DNA of 42,583 nucleotides from Candidatus Nomurabacteria bacterium. GTDB taxonomy: Bacteria > Patescibacteriota > Minisyncoccia > Phycocordibacterales > UBA9973. The position numbers were made by a program, and so were the translations under genes. Location: the NCBI GenBank assembly GCA_052034745.1, contig JBPOIF010000030.1, positions 1 through 42,583 of the forward strand. Direction: 5' to 3'. A model generated the notes under the pieces. It made no database searches. It worked only from the letters and a program-made list of their open reading frames with translations, and was not told the origin of the DNA. Shown here piece by piece: positions 6,153-15,425 of this stretch (its first letter is position 1; each line of letters opens with the position of its first letter).

Positions 6153-9100
6153 ATGAATAACAATCAACAACAATCAAAATCAAATGCAGCACTCCGTCCC
6201 GCCGACGCAAAGTCTGCTATGGCGGGCAGGGAAGAGGCGGTACTTCAGTTTTGGAAAGAGCAAGACATTTTCAAAAAATCGGTTGAGAAAAGTAAGGAAG
6301 GGAAGGAATTCGTCTTTTATGAAGGCCCTCCAACTGCAAATGCAAAGCCAGCACTCCATCATCTTGAAGCCCGCGCATTCAAGGATGTGATTCCTCGCTA
6401 CAAAACAATGCAGGGGTACCATGTCGCACGTCGCGCAGGGTGGGATACTCACGGGCTTCCTGTTGAACTGCAGATAGAAAAAGCGCTCGGACTTCAGTCA
6501 AAGAAAGACATCGAAAACTACGGAGTCATGGAGTTCAACAAGGCATGTAAGGAAAGTGTCTTTACGTATATCAAAGACTGGGAAGTATTTACTGACCGTA
6601 TGGGGTACTGGGTCGACAAAAAGAGCGCGTACTATACCTTCAATGCTCCGTATATGGAGTCACTCTGGAACATCGTCGCGCAGGTAGAGAAAAAAGGATT
6701 GCTTTACAAAGACTACAAAGTTGTCCCATGGTGCCCTCGTTGTGGCACGACTCTTTCCTCGCATGAGCTTGCACAGGGATATCAAGACGTGAAAGATTTG
6801 TCAGTGTACGGGAAGTTTAAGATTGTTGGATTTGAAAATGCATATTTTCTCGCATGGACAACAACCCCATGGACACTCCCAGGAAATGTTGCGCTCGCAG
6901 TTGGTGCAACTATTGAGTACGTTGAAGCAAAAGTAGGAGAAGAAATTTTTGTCCTTGCAAAAGAACGACTCAGCATCCTTCCTGAAGGGTACGAAATAAT
7001 CGCAGAGCATAGTGGTTCTGAAATGGTGGGGATGAAGTACGAACCACTCTATCCATATCTGAAGACAGAAGCAGAGAAAAAACAGATCGATACAACAACT
7101 GCATTCCAAGTTTATGCTGCGGAATTTGTCACGACGACTGATGGTACTGGTATCGTCCACATCGCACCGATGTATGGAGCAGATGACTTTGAACTTGGTA
7201 CAAAGATGAGTCTCCCAAAGTTTCATACTGTCGATGAGCAAGGACGCTTTATCAAGAGTACTGAGTTTCTCGAGGGGCGTTTTGTAAAAGATGAAGAGGT
7301 TGCAGTTGATATCATCAAAGACCTTGCGGGGCGAGGTCAGCTTTTCAAAAAAGAAAAGTATGAGCACACCTACCCACACTGTTGGCGTTGCAAGACACCG
7401 CTTCTCTATTACGCGCGTGATAGTTGGTATATCGCAATGTCTAAACTTCGCGACGAACTTTTGAGCGCAAACAATGATATCAATTGGGAACCGCTCCATA
7501 TCAAAGAAGGTCGTTTTGGTGAATGGCTCCGTGATATCAAAGACTGGGCCATCTCTCGCGAGCGATACTGGGGCACACCACTTCCTATCTGGACAAATGT
7601 AAAAGGAGAGCGTCTCGTGGTTGATTCGGTAGAGACTATCAAGCAACATAGTCTTTCTTCAGGAAATCGATATTTTGCTATTCGTCATGGACAGGCAAAG
7701 CACAATCTCACTGATACGTGGAGTTGCACTCCTGGGGTAAACGATGAGCTTACCGAAGAGGGAGCTGCACAGATCCGTGCGGCGGTCACTCCGCTTGTCG
7801 GCTCGATTGATCGCATCATTGCATCACCATTTGTTCGAGGGCAAAAGTCAGCACAGGTTGCAGCCGAGGTGCTTGGTATTGACCCTGCTTCTATTATTAC
7901 AGACCCGAGAGTTGGGGAGTGGAATGTCGGTGCTGAGTTCAATGGCAAACCAATGGATGACTACTTTGTGCTTCGCAACAAAAGTGATGATCGGTATCAG
8001 TTCAAAACTTCTGATGGTGAATCATATGCAGATGTCTTTACTCGAAGCGGGGCATTTCTCTACGAACTCGAATCGACCTACAAAGGCGAGCGTATCTTGA
8101 TTGTGACGCATGGAGGATCTGCTCGAGCGATGGAGCTTGTTGCAAAAGGTTTTGCGTACGATACGCTCTTTGAGACTACTCGAGAGTATCGCAATTTTGA
8201 CAACGCAGAAATTCGCGAGATCAACTTTGTGCCGCTACCACACAATGATCAGTTTGAGCTTGATCTTCATAGACCATATATCGACGCCGTGACACTTTAT
8301 AAAGACGGGGAGGCATTTACGCGAGTCAAAGAGGTGGTGGACGTGTGGTTTGATAGTGGTGCGATGCCGTTTGCGCAAGACCATTATCCGTTTGAAAACA
8401 AATCATGGATTGAGACCACAGGATATCCTGCAGACTTTATCTCTGAAGCGATTGATCAGACACGTGGGTGGTTCTACACGCTCCTTGCGATCGGTGTGCT
8501 TATGGGACGAGGTACTCCCTACAAAAATGTCATCTGCCTTGGACACTTGCTCGATAAGGATGGCAAAAAGATGAGTAAGTCCATCGGCAATATCGTTGAA
8601 CCATTTGAGCAAATGGACAAATTTGGAGTGGATGCGGTGCGATTTTGGATGTATAGCGTGAACGCTCCAGGGGAGAGCAAGAACTACGACGAAAAGTCTG
8701 TGGCAGAGATAAACAACAAAGTGTTCAACCTCTTTGGAAACGTCCTCTCGTTTTATGAGCTCTACCGGGACAAAAAACTAGAAGCGAGAAGCCAGTCGCT
8801 AGAAGCTGATAATGTGCTTGATCAGTGGATCATGGCGCGACTCGCACAAATTACACAGGAGGTCACAAGCGCACTTGATGTCTACGATATTTTCCGTCCT
8901 ACACGAGTTCTTCGAGATTTTATCGATGATTTGTCGACGTGGTATTTGCGTCGTTCACGAGAGCGTCTCAAGGATGGGGATGCTGATGCAAAACGTACGC
9001 TCTATACAGTACTCAAAACAACTGCACAACTTATCGCACCGTTCGCACCGTTTTTTGCTGAGCATGTATGGCAGACACTCAAGACTGATGCCGATGAAGA

Positions 9101-9614
9101 GAGTGTGCATTTGAGCGTGTGGCCTGTTGAAAAACATAGTCTTCTCTTTGTTGAACTTTCTCAGGATATGCAAAAGGTTCGAGACATCTGCACTCAGGGA
9201 AATGCGCTTCGCAAGAAGTTAAATATCCCCGTGCGCCAACCGCTTCAAAAGCTGGTAGTAACCAATGATTTGGCGGTAGATGCAAAGTATCACCACCTCA
9301 TAAAAGAAGAGCTCAACGTAAAAGAGGTAACAGAAGGAAGTGAAATGTCTCTTGATACAGAAATCACTCCAGAGCTTAAAAAGGAAGGAATCGCACGTGA
9401 GCTTATGCGTATGATTCAAGATGCTCGAAAAGAGCGCGGACTCAAACCAGAAGATCGCATCACTCTTTCTCTTGGGACAAATGCAGAAGGGGAAGCGATA
9501 CTCGCGCAATTTGCCGAAGATATTAAAAAGACTGTGGGAGCAGATTCCCTTGTGTTTGTTGGTGCTTCCGAGGGGAGTACAATAGAAGGTATTCCATTTA
9601 GTATTAAGTTTTAG
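6153..9614 (+). CDS. ileS: Isoleucine--tRNA ligase, type 2 (eukaryote/Thermus-like), with embedded histidine-phosphatase domain
   Basis: YEGPPTANAKPALHH, RRAGWDTHGLPVE, the editing-domain blocks WTTTPWTLPGN and GTGIVHIAPMYGADDF, CxxC pairs (PWCPRCG, PHCWRCK), ISRERYWGTPLPIW, DVWFDSG and KMSKSIGN. Start placed at ATG 6153 because ATG 6126 lies inside the terminator hairpin; this start is uncertain. Confidence 0.95.
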   Translation: MNNNQQQSKSNAALRPADAKSAMAGREEAVLQFWKEQDIFKKSVEKSKEGKEFVFYEGPPTANAKPALHHLEARAFKDVIPRYKTMQGYHVARRAGWDTHGLPVELQIEKALGLQSKKDIENYGVMEFNKACKESVFTYIKDWEVFTDRMGYWVDKKSAYYTFNAPYMESLWNIVAQVEKKGLLYKDYKVVPWCPRCGTTLSSHELAQGYQDVKDLSVYGKFKIVGFENAYFLAWTTTPWTLPGNVALAVGATIEYVEAKVGEEIFVLAKERLSILPEGYEIIAEHSGSEMVGMKYEPLYPYLKTEAEKKQIDTTTAFQVYAAEFVTTTDGTGIVHIAPMYGADDFELGTKMSLPKFHTVDEQGRFIKSTEFLEGRFVKDEEVAVDIIKDLAGRGQLFKKEKYEHTYPHCWRCKTPLLYYARDSWYIAMSKLRDELLSANNDINWEPLHIKEGRFGEWLRDIKDWAISRERYWGTPLPIWTNVKGERLVVDSVETIKQHSLSSGNRYFAIRHGQAKHNLTDTWSCTPGVNDELTEEGAAQIRAAVTPLVGSIDRIIASPFVRGQKSAQVAAEVLGIDPASIITDPRVGEWNVGAEFNGKPMDDYFVLRNKSDDRYQFKTSDGESYADVFTRSGAFLYELESTYKGERILIVTHGGSARAMELVAKGFAYDTLFETTREYRNFDNAEIREINFVPLPHNDQFELDLHRPYIDAVTLYKDGEAFTRVKEVVDVWFDSGAMPFAQDHYPFENKSWIETTGYPADFISEAIDQTRGWFYTLLAIGVLMGRGTPYKNVICLGHLLDKDGKKMSKSIGNIVEPFEQMDKFGVDAVRFWMYSVNAPGESKNYDEKSVAEINNKVFNLFGNVLSFYELYRDKKLEARSQSLEADNVLDQWIMARLAQITQEVTSALDVYDIFRPTRVLRDFIDDLSTWYLRRSRERLKDGDADAKRTLYTVLKTTAQLIAPFAPFFAEHVWQTLKTDADEESVHLSVWPVEKHSLLFVELSQDMQKVRDICTQGNALRKKLNIPVRQPLQKLVVTNDLAVDAKYHHLIKEELNVKEVTEGSEMSLDTEITPELKKEGIARELMRMIQDARKERGLKPEDRITLSLGTNAEGEAILAQFAEDIKKTVGADSLVFVGASEGSTIEGIPFSIKF

Positions 9615-9618
9615 ATAT

Positions 9619-10260
9619 ATGCCGAAAAATATAGAAAACATGAACCCGGCTCACGAAGAAGTACATGAGGACGAGGCTCGTATTTATAAAAACGATCCTC
9701 AGCATCGTTTTGTTCCAAGTGAACAAATAAAAGATAACCAAGAGCACGACCCATTTGAAAAAGCCTCTGAAGAAGTAATAGAAGAAAACGAGATAGATCC
9801 AGACCACCGAGATCCAGAAATCGAAGAAGATGAGTGGGAGCGACGAAGAATCGAACAGCTGAGCAATGATATTAAATTTTCTTCATCAGAAGGGGTTGCT
9901 TCTGTCGGTCCTGATGTAGAGGGGGATATTGCACATGAAATTATTGAAACAACAAATCGAGATATTGAACCAATGATTGTTTCGAGAGGACTTGATTCAA
10001 TGAGTCATGCAAAAATTGCAGGGTGGGAATCAAGACGTCATAGAAAATTAAATAAAGATAAAGGTGCTGGACACGACAACTTCAAGAAACAAAAACGTTT
10101 TGGAGATTTTTTCAAAAACCTTTTTGGTATTACTAGCTCCCGTGAAGAAAACATGCAATCAATCCAAGACAGTATTGACCTTGATGAGGAAAAACCAATG
10201 CTCAACGGTAAATTGATAGACAAGAATTTTCTTGAAAAGGAGGATGATATTGCTGCCTAA
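9619..10260 (+). CDS. Highly acidic, probably disordered hypothetical protein
   Basis: 213-aa ORF starting 5 nt after the ileS stop. It is Glu/Asp-rich and low complexity, with a basic patch (RRHRKLNKDKGAGHDNFKKQKRF). Confidence 0.55.
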   Translation: MPKNIENMNPAHEEVHEDEARIYKNDPQHRFVPSEQIKDNQEHDPFEKASEEVIEENEIDPDHRDPEIEEDEWERRRIEQLSNDIKFSSSEGVASVGPDVEGDIAHEIIETTNRDIEPMIVSRGLDSMSHAKIAGWESRRHRKLNKDKGAGHDNFKKQKRFGDFFKNLFGITSSREENMQSIQDSIDLDEEKPMLNGKLIDKNFLEKEDDIAA

Positions 10261-10287
10261 GGTTTCTTTAGGTTACTAAACCTCTCT

Positions 10288-10863
10288 ATGCACACGATTC
10301 ATCATACACACGCATTTGTGCTTCGTCAGGCAGAAAGCGGAGAGGCGAATCGTCGCGTCTGGCTCTTTACCGAAGAGTTCGGTCTTGTCGTTGCAGTGGT
10401 CCAAGGGGTACGCAAGGTGGGCGCCAAGCTCCAGATGCAACTCGTCGACTACGCGTTTGTGTCTGTTGATCTCGTGCGAGGTAGAGATGTGTGGCGCCTC
10501 GTGAGCATCTCTTCTGCTCATGCGCCTTTGTTGCACGAACCGCGCAAGACACTCGCTCGGTCTTTTGTGCGCAGTCTTGGAGCAGTAGAGCGATTTTGTC
10601 ATGGTGAAGAGGCAAACCCTGCACTTTTTGCACATCTCGTAGCGTGTCAAAACCTTCTCGGAGAGAGTGGTCTCGATGAGCGAGCCTACGATACGGTCTC
10701 TTTGTGGAAGGTAATGACGATTCTCGGGTATGGCTCTGTCACTCCAGAAGTACAGCCATTGTTTGAAGCACCACTTCGCGAAGCGGTGCAGATGCTCACC
10801 GATACTGCTCGCAAACAGCTTGTGCGAGATATCAATGAGGTAATAGAGCATACACATCTGTAG
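10288..10863 (+). CDS. recO: DNA repair protein RecO (short form)
   Basis: N-terminal OB-fold pattern THAFVLRQAESGEANRRVWLFTEEFGLVVAVVQGVRK, and an overall length typical of compact RecO proteins. Confidence 0.65.
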   Translation: MHTIHHTHAFVLRQAESGEANRRVWLFTEEFGLVVAVVQGVRKVGAKLQMQLVDYAFVSVDLVRGRDVWRLVSISSAHAPLLHEPRKTLARSFVRSLGAVERFCHGEEANPALFAHLVACQNLLGESGLDERAYDTVSLWKVMTILGYGSVTPEVQPLFEAPLREAVQMLTDTARKQLVRDINEVIEHTHL

Positions 10864-10887
10864 TTCTACGGTATACTTTATATTGGT

Positions 10888-12774
10888 ATGCCTGAACAAA
10901 TAGACCATATAGAAGAATTGCAAAAACGCCTCTACGCGCGCGATCCTGAAAGTGTCCCAAAACAAAAGTTTGGGATACTTCGTCCGATGAAGCAGACGAT
11001 GGTGTCGACGTGGGGAGAAAAGGACATCCCAAAGGATAAGGGTCCACAAAAAGTCAGCACGACAGGATATAAGCGCTTTTTTATATTTTCTTTTATCTTT
11101 TTCTTGGTTGGGCTTGGTCTCGCCTCTTTTTCTGTTTTTCGTGGAGCGATTACTCTTTCGAGTAAAAATGTCGATCTCACTATTCTCGGCAACTCTTTTG
11201 TCGCAGGAGGGGAGGAGCTGCCTATTCAGGTCGAAATAGCAAACAAAAACTCGAGCGATCTCGTTGATGCAGTACTTACACTTGAGTATCCAAAAGGTGC
11301 GACGGACGAAACAGGGACAGAGATGGCACGACTTGCAGAACCACTCGGTACTATTGCTGCTGGAAAATCTCGAAGCGTTGGGTTCTCTACGGTGCTCTAT
11401 GGAGAACAAGGCCTTTCTCGTACTATTACTGCCACACTCTCGTACCATCTCGCAGGATCAACGGCGACGTTTGAAAAAGCGCAGTCATTCTCGGTGATGA
11501 TTAGTTCGAGTCCTATCACCCTTACGGTTGATGGTCCAACAGTTTCTGCAGCTGAGCAGCCTTTTACGATAACGATTCGAAGTGTATTCAATGGGGATCA
11601 ACCGTTGGTCAATCCGATTGTCCGCGTTGAATACCCGACAGGTTTTACCTTTTTATCTTCGACACCAGGGACTCTCTCTGGCAACAATGTGTGGGAGCTC
11701 GGTACTCTTGAAAAAGGACAAGAATTTGTCATCAGTCTTCGCGGCAAACTTTCTGCAATTGAAGGAGATGAACGTGCGTTTCGTGTCTATCTCGGTACTC
11801 CTGTTTCAGATATCGATACTCGCATTGCTGTCGCATATAACTCAGCGCTTCATTCGCTCCTTATCGAAAAGCCATTTATTGCAGCAGATGTTTCAGTAGA
11901 GGGGCAGTCATCCGATGTTGTTTCTCTGCCGATAGGCTCCTCTATAAGAGGTGCGATCGCGTGGCGCAATATGACAGGAGGCATAGTGACCAATCCAGTT
12001 TTTACACTGCTTCTGTCTGGAGAGGGACTTTCTGGTGCAACTGTTGAGCCGGTCAATGGGTATTATGATGAACTCCTTCGCGCTATCACTTGGACAGCAA
12101 CTTCTGACGAAGATATCGCGACGATCGATCCAGATGAATCAGGGACCCTTAACTTTTCAATCATTCCAGCGAGTCCAACAACAAAAGATGATATCAGGAC
12201 AACGCTTTCGGTACAGGGGACAATCGCAAACCTGCAAAATGAAATCAAGACAATCACAGGACTTGATGAACTGATGGTTCGGTATGCTGCACGTCTTCAG
12301 TTTGCCTCGCAAGCACTTTATTCGATTGGTCCTATCAAAAACAGCGGGCCATTTCCTCCAAAAGCGAACCAAGAGACAAGCTACACACTCACGTGGACGA
12401 TCAAACCGGCAGACAACCCTATCTCGGGTGCTGTTGCGACTGCGACGCTTCCGACAAACGTGACATGGGCCGGTGTTATCGTTCCTCAATCAGAGACGCT
12501 TTTGTACAACCAAGAAACACGCGAGATTCGATGGAATATCGGTTCTCTCCCCAAGGCGACCGCAACCCAGCTTTCAAAATCAGTTTCGTTCCAAATAAAG
12601 GCGCGACCGACACTTTCTGATGTCAGCCAGAGTCTCGATCTCCTATCGGAAACAGTCATTACTGCTCAAGATACCTCGGCAAATGCAGCGCTTCGTGTTA
12701 CTCGACCAGCACTTACGACGAGTCTGGCTACCGACCCTGCCTATAGCCCCGGAGAGGAGAAAGTGATACCATAG
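10888..12774 (+). CDS. Membrane-anchored extracytoplasmic protein with repeated beta-sandwich-like segments
   Basis: About 60 aa of cytoplasmic N-terminus, one TM (FFIFSFIFFLVGLGLASFSVF), then about 540 aa rich in T/S/V/G with recurring L-x-Y-P-x-G-like strands (LTLEYPKGA, VRVEYPTGF). Confidence 0.7.
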   Translation: MPEQIDHIEELQKRLYARDPESVPKQKFGILRPMKQTMVSTWGEKDIPKDKGPQKVSTTGYKRFFIFSFIFFLVGLGLASFSVFRGAITLSSKNVDLTILGNSFVAGGEELPIQVEIANKNSSDLVDAVLTLEYPKGATDETGTEMARLAEPLGTIAAGKSRSVGFSTVLYGEQGLSRTITATLSYHLAGSTATFEKAQSFSVMISSSPITLTVDGPTVSAAEQPFTITIRSVFNGDQPLVNPIVRVEYPTGFTFLSSTPGTLSGNNVWELGTLEKGQEFVISLRGKLSAIEGDERAFRVYLGTPVSDIDTRIAVAYNSALHSLLIEKPFIAADVSVEGQSSDVVSLPIGSSIRGAIAWRNMTGGIVTNPVFTLLLSGEGLSGATVEPVNGYYDELLRAITWTATSDEDIATIDPDESGTLNFSIIPASPTTKDDIRTTLSVQGTIANLQNEIKTITGLDELMVRYAARLQFASQALYSIGPIKNSGPFPPKANQETSYTLTWTIKPADNPISGAVATATLPTNVTWAGVIVPQSETLLYNQETREIRWNIGSLPKATATQLSKSVSFQIKARPTLSDVSQSLDLLSETVITAQDTSANAALRVTRPALTTSLATDPAYSPGEEKVIP

Positions 12775-12785
12775 GGCTTACTTCT

Positions 12786-14123
12786 ATGACCAATACTGCA
12801 TCAATGGAACAACTCGTTAGTCTCTGTAAGCGCCGGGGATTTATCTTTCAAGGGTCCGAAATCTATGGAGGACTCGCAGGGACATTTGACTATGGACCGC
12901 TCGGTGTTGCACTCAAAAACAACATCAAAAACCTCTGGTGGAAACAGTTTGTAGACAATCGTACCGATATGTATGGCGTCGACGCCGCTATCTTGATGAA
13001 TCAGAAAGTATGGCAGGCGAGCGGGCACGTCGGAGGGTTTAGCGATCCTCTCGTTGAATGTCGTGAATGTAAATCACGCTTTCGTGAAGACCAGATCGAT
13101 ACGTCAGAGTGTCCTACTTGTCACAAGAAGGGGACTTTTGGTGAGGCTCGACAGTTCAACATGATGTTCAAGACAACAGTTGGTGCTATTGAAAGCGATG
13201 ACTCTATTTCATACCTTCGTCCTGAGACTGCGCAGGGGATGTTTGTAAACTTCAAAAACATTCTTGATGCGTACCACCCAAAACTTCCGTTTGGTTTGGC
13301 ACAAATCGGAAAAGCATTTCGCAATGAGATTGCTCCTCGTGATTTTATCTTTCGCGTGCGAGAGTTTGAGCAGATGGAGATCGAGTACTTCGTTGATCCT
13401 CGAAATGCAGAAGCGGTGCAGACTATTTTTGAAACGCTCTTTCAAGAGCAGGTGCTGTTTTTGAAAACGATTGGGCTTGATTCAACAAAGGTACACAAGA
13501 TAGAAGTTCCCGCAGAAGACCGAGCACATTATTCAAAGCGAAGTGTTGATACAGAGTATGACTTTCCATTCGGACAAAAAGAACTTCTCGGACTTGCGTA
13601 CCGCACGGATTATGACTTGCAGGCACATGTCGCTTCGAGCGGAGTTGATTTGTCGTATTTTGATGAAGAATCAAAGGAGCGTTTTGTTCCGCACTGCATC
13701 GAGCCAACGTTTGGTGTTGACCGTCTCGTGCTCGCGGTTCTTTCAGATGCCTATCATGAGGATGGTGAAGGGGAGGACGCACGCGTCTTTTTGAAGCTTG
13801 CTCCTGCTGTTGCTCCTATCAAGGCATGTGTATCACCGCTTCTAAAAAATAAACCAGAACTTGTTGCAAAGGCGCAAGAAGTCCATGGACTCTTGAAGGC
13901 CCGCTTTGGTGCTGTTGCCTATGATGACAATGGCAATATCGGTAAGCGCTATCGTCGTCAGGATGAGATAGGGACACCGTTTTGTATTGTGGTGGATTTT
14001 GATACTCTCGGAGAACATGCAGAACTCAAAGACACCGTGACTGTTCGCAATCGTGACACAGGTGCACAAGAGAGAGTAGCGATTGGGAAGCTGGAAGATT
14101 TTATAGCAGAAGCGCTTCGATAG
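12786..14123 (+). CDS. glyQS: Glycine--tRNA ligase (dimeric class II type)
   Basis: RRGFIFQGSEIYGGLAGTFDYGPLG, YLRPETAQG, GKAFRNEIAPRDFIFRVREFEQMEIEYF, EPTFGVDRL and a C-terminal anticodon-binding domain. Confidence 0.93.
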   Translation: MTNTASMEQLVSLCKRRGFIFQGSEIYGGLAGTFDYGPLGVALKNNIKNLWWKQFVDNRTDMYGVDAAILMNQKVWQASGHVGGFSDPLVECRECKSRFREDQIDTSECPTCHKKGTFGEARQFNMMFKTTVGAIESDDSISYLRPETAQGMFVNFKNILDAYHPKLPFGLAQIGKAFRNEIAPRDFIFRVREFEQMEIEYFVDPRNAEAVQTIFETLFQEQVLFLKTIGLDSTKVHKIEVPAEDRAHYSKRSVDTEYDFPFGQKELLGLAYRTDYDLQAHVASSGVDLSYFDEESKERFVPHCIEPTFGVDRLVLAVLSDAYHEDGEGEDARVFLKLAPAVAPIKACVSPLLKNKPELVAKAQEVHGLLKARFGAVAYDDNGNIGKRYRRQDEIGTPFCIVVDFDTLGEHAELKDTVTVRNRDTGAQERVAIGKLEDFIAEALR

Positions 14124-14125
14124 AT

Positions 14126-15409
14126 ATGGCTACTCCACGTCTTGTCACAAAAACACTCTCAAACGGAGTTCGTGTTGCAGTTGTTCCTGATGCTCGTGCT
14201 TCAGCAGTCACGGCAATGGTACTCGTCAATGTCGGTTCTTCGTTTGAAACACGTGCTCAAAATGGTCTGTCGCACTTTTTGGAACATATGTGCTTTAAGG
14301 GGACCGTTCGACGTCCAAGCGCAAAAGTGATTGTCGAAGAGATCGAATCGCTCGGTGCGGTCACCAATGCGTTTACTGATCGAGAGCTTACGGGCTATTT
14401 TATAAAAGGAAACCCAGAACATGTCGACACATTTGTTGATATTCTTGCTGATATTTATCACCACTCAGTGTTTCCTCATCAAGAGATTGAAAAAGAAAAA
14501 GGGGTTGTAGTCGAAGAGATCAATATGTACGAAGATATGCCACAGTACAAAGTCTCTGAAATACTTTTTGAAATGCTTTATCCAGATGCTCCTGCGGGAC
14601 GTTCTGTTTTGGGAACGAAAGAGACGGTGCAGTCATTTTCACAAAAAGACTTTGTTGCATATAAAGGCAAGTGGTATACCGCAGCGAATACGTTGATTGT
14701 ATTTTCAGGCGCAATCACTCCTTCGAGCGCTACGACACTGACAAAAAAGTGGTTCAATATCTTACCTGCTTCTTCGAAGAACAAAAAACAAAAAGTTTCT
14801 GATCGCCAGTTGGTACCTGGAGTACAAATCTTTCGAAAAGAAACAGATCAGGCTCACATGATACTTGCATTTCGTTCGTTTGCACTTGGGCACAAAGATA
14901 TGCCGATTGTGAGGCTTCTCTCGACAATACTCGGTAGGGGAATGAGCTCGAGACTTTCTCTTATCATTCGAGAAGAGCTTGGTGCTGCATACTATATCCA
15001 CGCCTCTGGCGAAAGTTATACCGATCATGGGATTTTTTCGATTGCTTCAGGTATTGATAAGCGCAGGCTGGATGAGATACTTGAAAGAGTAGTCTTTGAA
15101 TGTGTACGTCTCAAAAAAGAGCCGCTTTCAAAGACAGAACTCAACAAGGCAAAGGAGTACACCATAGGGACGCTCCGCTTGTCCCTTGAGACATCTGACG
15201 CCGTCGCTGAATTTTATGGGGGACAGATGATTTTGGGTCAAAAAGTCCAAACCCCGGAACAGGTGATCTCGGCAATAAGGAAAATAACTCCTGCGGATAT
15301 CCTCCGTGTTGCGAAAGTGCTCTTCCAGACCAAAAGAGCAAATATCGCGTTGGTGGGCCCTTTTACAAAAGGGGATGTCTCTCTCAAGACGATACAAAAG
15401 CTCGGCTAA
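14126..15409 (+). CDS. M16-family zinc peptidase (insulinase/pitrilysin-like)
   Basis: Inverted zinc motif HFLEHMCFKGT (HxxEH) and the downstream E of the NAFT-type block; two-domain length. Confidence 0.85.
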   Translation: MATPRLVTKTLSNGVRVAVVPDARASAVTAMVLVNVGSSFETRAQNGLSHFLEHMCFKGTVRRPSAKVIVEEIESLGAVTNAFTDRELTGYFIKGNPEHVDTFVDILADIYHHSVFPHQEIEKEKGVVVEEINMYEDMPQYKVSEILFEMLYPDAPAGRSVLGTKETVQSFSQKDFVAYKGKWYTAANTLIVFSGAITPSSATTLTKKWFNILPASSKNKKQKVSDRQLVPGVQIFRKETDQAHMILAFRSFALGHKDMPIVRLLSTILGRGMSSRLSLIIREELGAAYYIHASGESYTDHGIFSIASGIDKRRLDEILERVVFECVRLKKEPLSKTELNKAKEYTIGTLRLSLETSDAVAEFYGGQMILGQKVQTPEQVISAIRKITPADILRVAKVLFQTKRANIALVGPFTKGDVSLKTIQKLG

Positions 15410-15425
15410 GTCTGTACGAGAGCCC

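Noticed and set aside
6801-7649. 282-aa minus-strand ORF inside ileS, together with the other antisense or alternate-frame ORFs in ileS, metG (17218-17787), argS (765-1238) and the glycan genes
   Set aside because: All lie opposite or out of frame to genes with strong family signatures and show no motifs of their own.
7668-8234. Possibility that the IleRS insert is an intein or a mobile element
   Set aside because: There is no Cys/Ser/Thr-plus-His-Asn splice-junction pattern, no homing endonuclease motifs and no flanking repeats. The sequence instead carries all histidine-phosphatase signatures.
10276-11448. 390-aa ORF on the minus strand spanning recO and the start of the next gene
   Set aside because: It is antisense to two ORFs with recognisable or structured products. 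Its translation is Arg/Cys/Lys-rich and low complexity, with no motif. This is typical of a shadow ORF opposite a coding frame.
15306-15425. Long N-terminal extensions offered by the ORF track. These affect the AI-2E transporter (15306), surface protein (25773), epimerase (29745), GT4 (30742), GT8-like (32516), GT4-like (33406) and the small protein (41222).
   Set aside because: Each extension overlaps the preceding gene or lacks protein-like sequence. In each case an internal ATG sits at the start of the recognisable domain or signal peptide, so those starts were used.
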